Below, one piece after another: positions 12,101 to 24,146 of a stretch of 60,781 bases of DNA; the first letter of the stretch is position 1, and every line of letters begins with the position of its first letter. Source of the DNA: Parvularia atlantis (Eukaryota); contig CALSCO010001022.1 in assembly GCA_943704415.1 (NCBI GenBank), forward strand, positions 1 to 60,781, written 5' to 3'. Below the pieces are notes generated by a model. It worked only from the letters and a program-made list of their open reading frames with translations, was not told the DNA's origin and made no database searches. Made by a program: the position numbers and the translations under genes.

Positions 12101-13329
12101 CTCTCTTTCAACAAGGCGCGCGGCCAACGCACCCTTGGCTACACACGCCCGCTGACTGCGTGTGCGGCCGGCAGGTGTGCTCGCTCAAGATCGGCGACTT
12201 GTCGCGCGTCCGTGTCCGGCACGAGCCGCTGCCGCGCGCTGGCGCCGGCAACAGCGAGTCGCGGCACTACCGCGCGCCGGAGCTGCTCCTCGGTGCGACC
12301 AGCTACGACGCGTCAGGTGCGCTGGCGCCCGCCCTGCATTTGCGGGTGCCCGTGCTAACTGCGTGGCGTCGCAGTCGACATTTGGTGAGCATCGTGCGCC
12401 CGCGACGCACACCGTCCTCTCTCCACTTGGCATGCACACTCACACGCCCGCACGGGCTCAGGGCCGCCGCCTGCTGCATTGGCGAGATGCTCACCCGCAA
12501 GCTACTCTTCCCCGGTGGCAAGAGCGGTGCGCTGCTGCTGCTGCGCGGCCTGCGGTGCACGCAGGCGACGCTCATCTTGTGCGCTCGACGGCAGACGTCG
12601 AGGTTCTGCACAGCATCGTCAAGCTGATCGGCCTGCCCAACCAGCAATTGCTGCTCAACACGTACCGGTGCCCCGCAGAGGTGCGCACGACGTCGGTCGA
12701 CCTCACGTCCGCGCCTGATCGCCCTCGTCAGACGGTCAAGATGTTTGCCGACGAGGAGATGGCCAAGAACGTGACGCCCAGCTTTGGCAAGCGCTTCCCG
12801 AGCGCCACGGCCGACTGTGCGCGCCGTCTGCTCCATCACAAGCCGCGCGTCACTCACTGCACGTCGCAGGCATTGACCTTCTGGGCAAGATGCTCTCGTA
12901 CGACCCGCGCCGGCGCCCATGTGCCGGCGACGCGCTCGCACACCGCTTCTTCGGCAAGTTCTGGGCGATCGCGTGCGACGATGTGACGCCCGAGGTCTTC
13001 TCGCCCGCGTTTGACGAGCGCCCGCACGGCATCAAGTGGAAGAGTGCGCTTGTTGCTGCCGTTGCCGAAGCAAGGCTGACGACTCCGCCGCGCTCGCAGA
13101 CCACTTGTACGACCTGCTCGAGACCTTCCACGAGGTCACGTACGACACGCCGCAGCCGGCGTGGGACAACGAGGACGAGGAGGACGAGTGCGATGAGGAC
13201 AGCAGCCAACGCACGCTCGTCGCGGTCGAGGGCGAGGGCGCCGACGGGAGCTTTTCGCACATCTACGGCGAGGCCAGCAGCAGCAGCAGCGACGACGACG
13301 ACGACGACGACGACGAGGATGACAACTAG
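9181..13329 (+). CDS. Two-kinase-domain protein: N-terminal CAMK-group (Rck2/Srk1/MAPKAPK-like) kinase plus C-terminal Hog1/p38-like pseudokinase and acidic tail
   Basis: Domain 1: [44 protein letters not shown]. Domain 2: [60 protein letters not shown]. The domains join in frame through GT-AG intron 11012-11073. Stop TAG at 13327-13329. Confidence 0.8.
9840..9875 (+). repeat. (GCACTC)n hexanucleotide microsatellite in a kinase intron
   Basis: About 6 tandem copies visible. Confidence 0.9.
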
Positions 13330-13425
13330 ACCGTGTCGGGTGTGAGCACGCATGTAGCCGTACTGAAGTTGCCGTCTGCCGCGCGCCGACGCGCCCAATC
13401 GAAGCATTACACTGAGAGCAAGGGG

Positions 13426-16400
13426 TCAAGAGGACATCACGCGCCGGGCCAGCGCCGGTGGTGACCGCTGCTGCTGCTGCTGCTGCGTCTGCTGGCGACC
13501 TGCGAGCGCCCCGGCGCGTGAATGCCCTCCGCCAGGCAAAACTGCCGCGGGGCGCACCCAGCAGGAAGTACGTCTTGAGCGTGCCCGCACCCTTAGCCAT
13601 CACGGCCTCGGCACGCTGCTCAAAGATGAAGCGAGACCGCAGCAGCTCGTACACCTTCTCCGTCACCTGGATCTTGCCAGCCACGCCCGTCGTTTCCTGC
13701 GCCGCCTGCTCGTCAGCTTCCGTCCCTCTCTGTCCAAACATGTGGCTCGACCGCACCATTCGCGACGCCAGGTTCACCGTGTGGCCCCAGATGTCAAAGG
13801 CCAGCTGCGGCGGGACTTCGGTAAGCTGTTTCGGTAAGCGCGAGCGAGGCACGGTGACGCACCTTGGTGCGCCCAATCACGCCCGACACGAGCGGCCCCG
13901 CCTCGATGCCCATGCGCAGCACCAGATCCTGGTGCTCTGGCCTGCTTGCGCGCATGTCGGCGTTGAACGCGGCAATGATGTCCTGTCGTTGCGAGCGCGT
14001 CAGCTTTTCTACGAGGCAGCACAAGCGACACACCTGCAACGCGAGCGCAAACGACGCCAGCTTGACCAGGTAGCCCTCATCGTGCATGCTGCCGACGTTG
14101 GTCGCGCACATGTACGTGTTGCCTGCCGGCGTCAGCGCAGCGCAATCAGCGACCAGCTCATGCATAGCGCGCGCACGCGTGCGACCACCGCACCGATCAT
14201 CTTGATCTTCTCTACGCCGGCCGACGCCGCGAGGTGGTCGAACCGCGTCACGACCTCGTTCAGCATCTGCATCGACTCCGAGTCGAACGTGGTGAAGTTG
14301 GCGAGCGAGCAGAACAGCACAGCCGAGCGCGGGTGGCTGTCGGCGATCGTCGCGCGGCTTGTCCCGATGACCGTCAGCCTGGTGATGGTGCGCGCGGCTC
14401 AGATCCCGGCGAGATGCATTAGCGGCCGCACGACCACCTGCTCACGATATCGCGCGGCAGCAGGTTGAGCAACAGCCGCTGGGTCTTGACCTGCAGATCC
14501 TCAATCTCAAACTTTTTCGACAGCACAAGTCGCTGCGGCACAGCGCGCGGCAGCATCAGCGCATGGGCATGCATGCAGCAAGAGCGCAACGCGGCGCGCA
14601 CGTTCATCAGGTAATTTTGCCGCACAAACATCTCCGTCCGCCGCGACAGCAGTGCCAGGTAGATGCTGACGGTGCCGACGTAGATGAAGTGCTGTGTCGC
14701 CGGCGCGCACGTCAGGCCAGTCACGGGCGGCAGCGTCAGTGGCCGCACCTCGTAGCGTGTGCACTGCATCACGCGGTCGAAGAGCACGACCATCGTCACG
14801 ATGTACGACAGCAGCCCGGCCAGCTCGAGCGCAATGATCCAGCTTGAGCGCAGCCGCGTGAAGCAGCTGACGGTGAACATGCCGAGGAGCACTGCGCGGT
14901 GCACAGTGAGTCAGCATGCCTGTGCGCTCGCTGGGCCGACACGCACCCATGCACTCCACGTTGAGCAGAATGAAGCTCTGGTCGCGCGACGTCTGCTGGC
15001 TGCAGAACTGCGTGTCGTCCAGCTGGCTATTTTGGTCACGCCAGCCCGGCCCAAATATGAGACGAAACTGGAGCGAGTGCATCATCGCGGCAGCGTGCAT
15101 CAGCAGCGACGTGATGATGGCCGACCACTTGTAGCGGGTACAATCAGCGCGCGCGCGCTCTGCCTCCGCGCGCGGCGCACCTGCAGCAGCGAGCGGCTGA
15201 TGATCTTGAACCGCGTGAACGCGGCTTTGATCGAGTTCCACTTGGCCAGACGCAGCGCCAGCACCGTGAACGCCGGCAGCTGGAATATGCACACGGCCCC
15301 GTGACCGACGATGAGCTACGCCCGCCCGCACACACACGCATGCCACCCAGTCAGCGCACACGCTGCTGCACGGCGCCGCGCGCGGACCACGCACCATGCG
15401 CGCCGCGTTCGGGATTGAGTTGGCCAGCAGCAGCACACTGTTCTCGACCACGAGCAGCAGCGCAACGATGTACACGACGCAGATGGCCACGAAGAAGGCC
15501 GTCGCTGTCTGATTGACAAAGTCCTGGTTGTACTCGTCCTCGAGGTCACGGTCCTTAAATACGAGCGTCACCGGGTCCATGTGCTCGGTCGCGCGCGTGT
15601 ACTCAAGCAGCTCGGCGTTGTCGGCCGTGTCGCGCGTAAGCGGGTTGGGTGAGAAGATGTTGCGGTCGCGCGCAGGCCTATATGCGTGTGTCGCGTCAGT
15701 CTGCGCCTCGCGCGCCCTGTCCTGCGTACCAACGCGGATGCCGGAGCGTCTCGTAGTCGCTGAACGAGGGCCGACCGTTCGTGCTGCCGTTGCGCGACTC
15801 GGAGCGCGAGGTCGTCGTCGTGGTGCTCTCGGTCTCGTTGGGCTGGCAGTGCGGTCAGCGTCGCGCAACCCGTGACCTGCAAAGGCGCACCAGGTCGTCC
15901 TGGCTGCCCGACTCGGCGCGCGGCCGCCGCTGCGTTTTCGTCGGGCTGGAAAACAGGAACAGGCGGCTCTTGCGGCGGCCGTTGTCCTTCTGCGCGCTCG
16001 GCTTCGGAACGATCTGCGAGAGCGATGGTAAGCTGCTCGCCTAACGCACAGGCGAAGCGAGCCCGCGCCTGGTACGGCGTCACCGCAAAGTTGAGCTCCT
16101 GCATGAGCCGCAGCACGAAGAACGTCTCGTTCTCGGCCAGATACGTCACGTTGTACTCCGACAGCGGCACGGAGGGGCCGTCCTCGACGTCGAAAATGTT
16201 CTCGTTCAGCAGACTGCGCGTGCGCTCGGAGATGTGCACGCGGCCGACCGCGCCCGTGTGCTCCATCAGCGACGCCATCGTTACGTCCTCGGACCAGACG
16301 TCTGCGCGCCACGACCACCATGAGTCCACGCAACCCGCAAGAGCAGCCGCACGCGCCCACCGAACGTCAGCTTATCCGTGCCGATCAGCCCGGCCATGAC

Positions 16401-19372
16401 CCAGCCCGAGTGGATGCCGACGCGAATGCCGAGCTGCGCAAAGTTGTGCTCCTCGGCAAACTCCTCCATTTTCTGCACGGCGTCTGTGAGAGGCGTTCAA
16501 ACGCGGGCGGCGACCACTCGCACCTTGACCATCTCGAGTCCCATTGCGACGACGCGCGCGGCGTGGTCGGGCACGTTGTGCGGCACGCCTGGTGCGCACG
16601 CTCAGCGGGCCTGTGTGGGCACTGCGTCGCGCAAGACCCGGCACGCACCGGCGCACAGCACGTAGCAGTCGCCAAGCGTCTTGATCTTCTCCAGGCCCGG
16701 GAACCTTTCGAGCAGCGTGTCGAACATGAAGAAGATCGAGTTGAGCATCTCGACCACCTCCTCGGCCGAGAGGCGCGACGAGAGCGCGGTGAAGCCGGCA
16801 ATGTCGGCAAAGAGGATCGTGACCTCGTCGTGGCGGTACATAAGGCTGTCAAGCCGTGAGCGGCCCTGCGCATTAGCGCCGCACACTGACACACGCACCT
16901 GCGGTGGAACGACCCGTCCGACACGTAGCGCTGGTGCTGGTCCGAGCGCAGGTCCTGCCAGGCCTTCTGCGGCAGAATAGACAGCGCGATGCGGTCCGAC
17001 TCGTTCTTGGCTTCCATGAGCTGTTGCGCGCGGCTCAGCCTGACACAGCAACGGCGCGCAGACTGAAGCACCTTGCGCCGCTGCTCCAGCACCGTGCGCT
17101 GCTTGAAGAACGTCTTGCGGTTGTACATGTCGACGCGCTACGCGTGGTGCAGTCAGACGACCGCTCATCGCACGGGCCGCTGCGGCGCGCCGCACCGATG
17201 CGAAGACGTAACCCGCGACATTGATGCACAGGTACAGCAGCGCCGATGCGCCGTGTCGGCTCCAGCACGGGAAGAGCGTGAAGGCGTCGCTGCCGCACGA
17301 GTTGTCGACGCGGAACTGGCGGCGGCGCGGGATTACACCGGCGGCCCAGCGGGGGTGCACGGCGCGTGCTCCGCACCGACTCCTCTACCTGCGACAGGAT
17401 CACGGCCGCGACCCAGCTACCGATCGAGAGCGTCACGCCGAGGGCGACGGAGAAGCGGACGTGCTGCCCGCTGATGGTGTAGTTCATGAACGACCAGAGG
17501 AAGAACGGGCCCTGGGGCAGGATGCTCTGGCAGATGCGCGCGCGACGGCGTGAGCCGACCCGTCCGCCCGCGGGGGCCCTGTGCGCACACGCACCCCGCG
17601 CAGCAGCGTGTGCGCCGCAAGCAGCAAGCCGACAAAGGCGAAGGCCGTGCTGTGCACCTTGAGCGTCGCGATCGGGCTCGACTGGCCCGCGCGCCACACG
17701 ACCAGCAGGGCCGCGAGCGACACGGCGAATGCGGCCGCGAAGACGACGTAGTCCCAGGCCCGGCCGGTCGTCGCATTGGTGAACACGAGCGGTGAGTAGA
17801 AGATCGCGGCGATCGCCGTGTACACGCAGCCTTTGCGACGCGATCGGTAAGTGCTCGGCACGCACGACAGGCGAACGCAGACCCAGCCACGCACTCAGCA
17901 GGTACATCCACAGCAGTTGCTGCCGGTTGTTGTGCGCGAAAAACATCCGGTACTCGCGGTCGAGCTTGGCCGAGAACGGCTGGCGCCACGGCCGGTCGAT
18001 ATGGCGCTAGCCACACAGTTTTAAGTGGCGGTGTCAGCCAGCGGTGTCGCCGTACCTTCTGCCGCGGCTTGGGGATCTCGTCGATGCCGAGGATGTTGAC
18101 GTGCTTCTGCGCGCGGCGCGGGAAGCGCGGCGGCTGCGAGACGATGTCGTCTAGCTCGTGGTCCGACATGCGCCGGCTCGACACGGTCGACCGTTGCCCG
18201 CCGCCGAGCACCTTGCTCAGTGCCGACTTGAGCATCGGCTGCGACGACGAAGACGACACGCCCGACAGCGCCGGGGGTGGTGCGCCCTTGGGTGATGCCG
18301 GTGGTGCCAGTGCGGGCCTTGCCGCCGCTGCGCCGACCGTCACCGCCGCTAGCGCGAGTCGCCCGCCCGGCGACCCGGGCGCCGTGGACGCGTCACGCTG
18401 TTGAGATGGCGGGCTGCCCTCGGCCGGTCGCTGCTCCGGCGTGGCGCCGTCCTGTGCGTCGGACAGGCCGTAGCCGTGGGCCGCGAGCTTCTCGGCCGTG
18501 ACCGATCCAAACGGCGGGCCGTACTCGCTCGGGCCGCGCACAGAGCCTGCAGCGCGGTGAGTGTTGCGACTGTGCGACGGGGGAAGAAAAAAAAAAAGGA
18601 AACTCAACGCACCCTTCAGCGGCGTCTCCGAATCGAAGGGGCTGGTCGCGCCCGAGCTGAACGTCGACTCGAGCATCTCGCTGATGGTCTTGCGCGGGAC
18701 GACCGGCAGGACGTGCACCGTGCGCATGTTGGGCGCGTGGCGCAGCTCGATGACCTGCCGCGGCTGTTGCGGCGCGTCGCGCGCTTTGAGTTCAGCTTCA
18801 TTTGGTCCGACCATGCCGACTCGCGAGGCGCACCAGCGTGTGCGAGTTTGTTCCCGTCGTGGTCGCGCCGTTGTTGAGGAAGAGCGCGCCGTCTTCAACC
18901 AGGGCGGGCGGGCCGTCGAGCCGCAGCAGCGCCAAGTCGACCGAGCGCTGGCGCCCCGAGCGGCCGTTTCGCGCCGCCTCCGCCGACGAGTCGTCACGGT
19001 CGCCCATGCTCGCGAGGTTGGCCGACAGCCTGCGTGGCGCAGCGACCGAAATACGCTGTGCGCCCGCGTCGTCGTCGGCCGCGAGCTGCCCGTTGGTGGC
19101 GCGCGAAAGGCTGCGGCTCGACCCGAAGATACGCTGCGTCGTGGCGGCGGCCAGCTGGCGCAGATTGCGGCCGAGGCTGGACCCCGGTCGCGCGGGCGAG
19201 GCGCTGCAACGGCGGGTGAGAACGGCGCGTGCACGTTCGCAGGCTGCGCGCACCCCGGGGCCAGGCCCTGGTGCAAGGTCGCGGGCGTGCCGGGCTCGGG
19301 CTCGCTGCCGTCGGGCAGCTCGGTGACGACGGTGACGAGGACGACGCGGCGCGACAGGGCGTCGTCGTCCAT
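13426..19372 (-). CDS. Membrane adenylyl cyclase, class III, TM-C1-TM-C2 architecture
   Basis: C1: [44 protein letters not shown]2: [54 protein letters not shown]. Hydrophobic blocks precede each domain. The start codon is less certain. Confidence 0.88.
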
Positions 19373-19441
19373 TGGCGCGGGTGGTGGGGAGGGGGAAAGG
19401 GCGATCGCTACGCTTGCTTTCCGTGTCTGGCCACTTAGGCC

Positions 19442-19450
19442 AGCCAATCA
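19442..19450 (+). promoter_or_regulatory. CCAAT (NF-Y-type) box in the divergent adenylyl cyclase/Ede1 promoter
   Basis: AGCCAATCA consensus in a 305-nt head-to-head spacer. Reverse CCAAT boxes also lie near starts at 23851 and 46878. Confidence 0.5.
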
Positions 19451-19677
19451 GCGCGCCTTCACGTGCCGCGCTAGTGCATCCGAGTCGGCCCCCACCACCT
19501 TGGCGGCCCTGCCCACGCTGCAGCACCCCAGCCCGGCCCCCCCCCCCCCCTGACCGCGCGCCGTGGCCCACAGCAGCACTCTCTAGCCCTCAGGCCCAGC
19601 CAACCCAAAAGCGCGCGCGCGCACGCTAGCGTCGCCGAAGGCTCTGGACGCTTCGAGCGCGCGCTGTTTGCTTCACG

Positions 19678-22663
19678 ATGGCGCCGCCGGCTGTACCGGT
19701 GCTGGACGGGCGCGAGGAGGCGCTCTTCGCGCGCCTCTTTGCCGCGGTGCGCGCCGCCCGCGCCCCTCCCTTCCCGCGCCCGCACTCACCGCACCGCGGA
19801 CCCCGCAGCTCGACAAGGACGGCTCCGGCCGCCTCCCCGGCGCCGCCTGCGTCGACTTCTTCAAGAAGTCGCGTTTGCCAGTCGAGACCCTCGCCCAGGC
19901 GCGCGCGCGCGCCCTCTTGCCGGGTGGCGCCAACCCGCGCGCGGGCTCAGCGGCGGCCGCGCGCAGATCTGGGGCCTCGCCGACGCCGACGGCAGCGGGT
20001 TCCTCGACCGGCGCAACTTTTACGTGTCGATGCGCCTCGTCGGCCTGGCGCAGCACGGGCGGCCGCTCAGCCGCGAGGCGGCCCTTGCCGGCGCCGGCAG
20101 CGACGCCCTGCCCGTCTTCGAGGGCGTCGACGCGCCCGGCGACGTCGCTGTGTCGCCTGCCGACGTTGAGCGCTTCGCCGCGCTGTTTGCGGCGCAGCAG
20201 CCGGTCGACGGCAAGCTCGAGGGCAACCGCGCGCGCGCGTTCCTGATGGAGTCCAAGCTGCCTATCGAGCACCTGCGCGACATCTGGTACGCCGCCGCTC
20301 GCTCGACGCGCGATGCCCGGCACCGTGTGCCCATGCCGCACGCTGTGCTGATGCGCCTCACGCAGGCAGCTCGCCGACGCCGACGCCGACGGACAGCTGT
20401 CGCAGCCCGAGTTTGTCATCGCGATGGCGCTCATTGGCGCCGTGCGCAGCGGCGCCCTCGCTGCCGTGCCGCTGACGCTGCCACCGTCGCTCGCGCGCCT
20501 GGTGCGCAGCCGGCGTGGTGCTGCGCGGCCACTGAGCTTGCGCGCGCTCTCGCAGCTGCCCGCACAAGGCGGCACGCCCGGCGTCACAACGCAGGATCGT
20601 GCCAAGTACAACGCCATCTTTGACCAGGCCGATGTGCAGCACCGCGGCACGCTCCTCACGCCCGAGCTGCAGCAGGTCTTTGCGCAGACGCACCTCCCGC
20701 CGGCCGTCTTTGCGCAGATCCTCGCGCTCGCCGACACACGACGCGCGGGCGCACTCACCCGGGACGAGTTCCACGTGTTTATGAAGCTCACGTACATGGC
20801 CCTCCAGGGCGAGCCGTTGCCTGCATCGCTGCCGTCGGTGCCCTCGCCGGCGATGACCGCGTTTGCCCCAGTGCCAGCGTTTGTCAGCACGGGCGATCCG
20901 GACCTGGACGAGGCGCTCAAGCAGCTGCAAACCGAGCGTGAGGCCTTTGCCGAGACGCAGCAACAGATCGCTGTGGCGCAGAGCAAGCTCGCCGACCTCA
21001 AGGCGCGCCGCAATAACGCGGAAATGGTCGCGGCACGCCAGGGCGGCGAGCGCGACGACCTGCAGCGGCGTCTGCAGCAGCTGAAGGGGTCGCTGGCCGC
21101 CGAGCAGCAGACGGGTGCGTTTGCGTGACTCGCGTGCTACGCGGCTGCTGATGATGCGTCGCCGTGCCAGTGGAGGACATGGCCCAGCGGGGCCGCGAGC
21201 AAAAGGCCACCGTCGCTGCGCTCCAGCGCGAGGCCGACGAGACCGAACGCCAGGCCGCGCAGGCCGAGCAGGAGCAGCAACGCCGGTCCGCGCAGAGCCA
21301 AGAAGAGCTCGGCAAGCTCACGGCGCAGATGCAGGTGCGTGAGACGCGATTTGCTGCTGCTGCGTCTCGCTGAGCGGCGGCCTCTTGCGTCCAACAGGAG
21401 ACGCAGCGGCAGCTGGTGCAGATGAAGAGTGAGCTGGTCAGCGTGAGCAGCGAGCACGAGCGCGTGCTGCGCGACAGCCAGAGCCTCGAGGGCTCGCTGC
21501 GCTCGCTCAAGTTGGGCAGCAGTGCGGGCGAGCTGACGCCGCGGGTGCGCAAGCTACGCTGCCCGCGCTGCGTAGCGCGGAGCTGAACCGGCACGTAGGC
21601 AAGCACCGACTTTGAGGCCGAGTTTGCCGCGTTTGGCGGCGACACGTTCAAGCCGATGCCGCGCGGCCGCCCGGCAGCGGGTGCGCTTGCGTCGACGAGT
21701 GGGGTGCGTGTTGCGGTTGTGCGCTGTGCCAGCTGCTCAGCCGTGGGCACGCAGGCGAGCCTCGGGGCCAGCAACGGCAGCGGCAGCGGCAGCGCGAGCT
21801 CGATCACGACCAGGTGCGTCCAATCTGCGCGCAGCAGCAGTGGGCGTGACGCGTGCGCGGCCACGCCACGCCAGCTTTAGCGCCGACTTTAACTCGGCCT
21901 TCAGCGGCGCGGCCTCGTCGCCCACGGTCGCGACCGGTGTGGCGCCCAAGCCAACGACGCTCAGCGCGGGCAACTCGTTCACGACGCCGCTGGCCGCGGT
22001 CGACTTTGACAGCGCGTTTGGCATGCCCGCGGCGCCCGCGGCGTCGTTTGCGACGAGCTTTGACGACGCCTTTGGCGGCCTGTCGTCGAGCCTGGCCGCG
22101 GGCAAGAAGGCCAAGCCGGCGAGCACGAGCGCGGCCAGCTCGTCGTTCGACATCAACTTTGACGACGCGTTTGGCGGCGGCAGCGCACCCGTGTCGGCAC
22201 CGCACTCGGTATGCGCTGCGTGCTGGCGTGGGCGACTGCTGAAACGCGCGCTGCGTGCACGCTTAGGCCGTGACCCTCGGCTTTGACGACGCGTTTGGCG
22301 GGCCGCCGGCGGTCAAGCCGAGCCCGGCCGCAGGTGACGACTCGTTGTTTTCATGACGTTTTTCCCTGGTGTCTGTGTCTTTTGTGTGTGTCGCGTGCAC
22401 TTTTTTTTACCCCCGCTGCTCTGCTTGCTGCTGCTCGTGTGCGCGGTCGCTGACGCGGCTGCGCTTGCGTGCCGCCGGGCGGTGGGTGCACAGTGATTGC
22501 GTCGCCACCGTCGTACGAGGACGTGCTGCGCGACGGTGACCCGCTCACGCGCCTGCACGAGCTCGGGCTGATGGACGACCGGGCCAACCGCGAGGCCCTG
22601 CGGCGGTTCAACAACAACATCGAGCAGGCGGTGGACTTTCTCCTCAGCGGCGGCGCGCATTAG
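19678..22663 (+). CDS. Ede1/Eps15-like endocytic scaffold (3 EH domains, coiled coil, FDDAFG-type repeats, C-terminal UBA)
   Basis: EH motifs SRLPVETLAQIWGLADADGSGFLD, SKLPIEHLRDIWQLAD and THLPPAVFAQILALAD. Repeated F-D-x-A-F-G. PPSY motif. UBA-like LHELGLMDDRANREALRRFNNNIEQAVDFLL. Confidence 0.85.
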
Positions 22664-22731
22664 ACAATGAGCGGTGGCAGCGACGGCGTAATGGCGACGG
22701 CGGCAATAAGACCAACAGACTGCACATCAGG

Positions 22732-23831
22732 TCACAGACCAGCATAGTCGTTGAGTACCGCAATGAGCGGCTGCAGCGCCTGGCAGACGGCGCCGACGAG
22801 CTGCGCAAAATCGCTCGAGAGCACGGCGTCGTCGTCTAGGCGGTGGTGCACGGCGAACGACTTGAGGCGCAGCAAGTCGATGTCGGGGTGGTCCTTGCGC
22901 GTGCGTGTGCGCGAGTGAGCGTGCGCCGTGCCAGCGTGTGGGGCCGACACGGCACCTGCGTGAAGCCCTTGGGCGCGGTCTTGAGCGCCTCGCTGCTGTC
23001 GAAGGGCTCCTTGCCGAAAAACTGCTGGAAGGTGCGGTCCTTAAGCACGCGGCGCAGGGCCGTGACGTCGCGGCCGATGGCGGCGCGGAGGGCGTTGAGC
23101 TGCTGCGGCATGGGGTGCCACATGCCGCCGCCGACGAAGGACGCGTCGCCGGGCTCGATGTGGATGTAGTAGCAGGCGTGCGGGCCCTTCTTGTTGGAGC
23201 GGGAGAGCGCGGCCGAGAGCGCGGTTTTATAGGGCTCCTTGGAAACGGAGAAGCTGCGTGCATTGCGCGTGTGTGAGTGCGTGAGTGCGATCAGCGCGCG
23301 GTCGGGCGACAAGCGCGGCGCACACCGGATGTCGCGGTTGATGCGGAACATCAGATTCTTGGGCTCGTCCTCGCGCACGGTCGGGTCGATGCCGCGCACC
23401 AGGCCCTGCACCACGTCAAACAAGGCCATCGCGTTGTCGCGCGCGGCCTCGTACTGCGCACGGTGCTCGCGCATCCACTGCGTCTCGTTGTGCGCCTTGA
23501 GCTGCCGCAGGAACTGCAGCGTCGCGGGCACGATCCCGGCCGATGTCGCCGGCGCCTTCTTGCCGCGCGGCTTGCGGGCGGGCGACGCGGTCGGTGCCGC
23601 CGCCGGTGCGGCTGCCGTGCTCCGCCGCTTCTTGTTTGCGTCTTTGTCGTCTTTGTCGTCTTTGTCGTCTTTGTCGTCGTCGTCGTCGTCCTCGTACGCA
23701 TCGTCCTCCTCGGCATCGTCCTCTGCGTCCTCGTACGCATCGTCCTCCTCGGCGTCGTCCTCTGCGTCCTCGTCCTTGACCGTGCGTCGGCGCTTCGTTG
23801 CCGGCGCGGCGGCGGCGCGACCGCGGGCCAT
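22732..23831 (-). CDS. DUF2461 (TIGR02453)-family protein with an acidic/basic N-terminal extension, 2 introns
   Basis: FLRQLKAHNETQWMREH, MFRINRDIRFSVSKEPYKT, YYIHIEPG, LKTAPKGF. N-terminal EDDAEEDDAY and DDK repeats. Confidence 0.85.
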
Positions 23832-24146
23832 ATGATGACAGTTGATATAACGATTGGCAAACAGTTCGGGACCCGCTGTGTACACGCGCCATCGATGCGT
23901 CCGACCTGCGTGACGGAACAGCCGCATCGATGGCGGCTCGTGCAGTTCGTGGTTCTCCCGCCCCCCCCGCCTCCGCCCTACGCCGCCCCGCGCGTCTTCC
24001 GCCACCTCGCACGCACGTGCGCACGCGTCGCTGCCTTGTGCGCGCGCACCTCGCGCACCGCACGCTCCACACTTGGCCCAGGCCCAGTCCGCCCCACCAC
24101 ACTGACGTTCGCCGCCGCAGCAGCCGCCGCACAGCTGCGCAACTCG

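Noticed and set aside
23630..23775. 36-nt and 9-nt repeats
   Set aside because: Ordinary coding low-complexity acidic repeats in the DUF2461 N-terminus.
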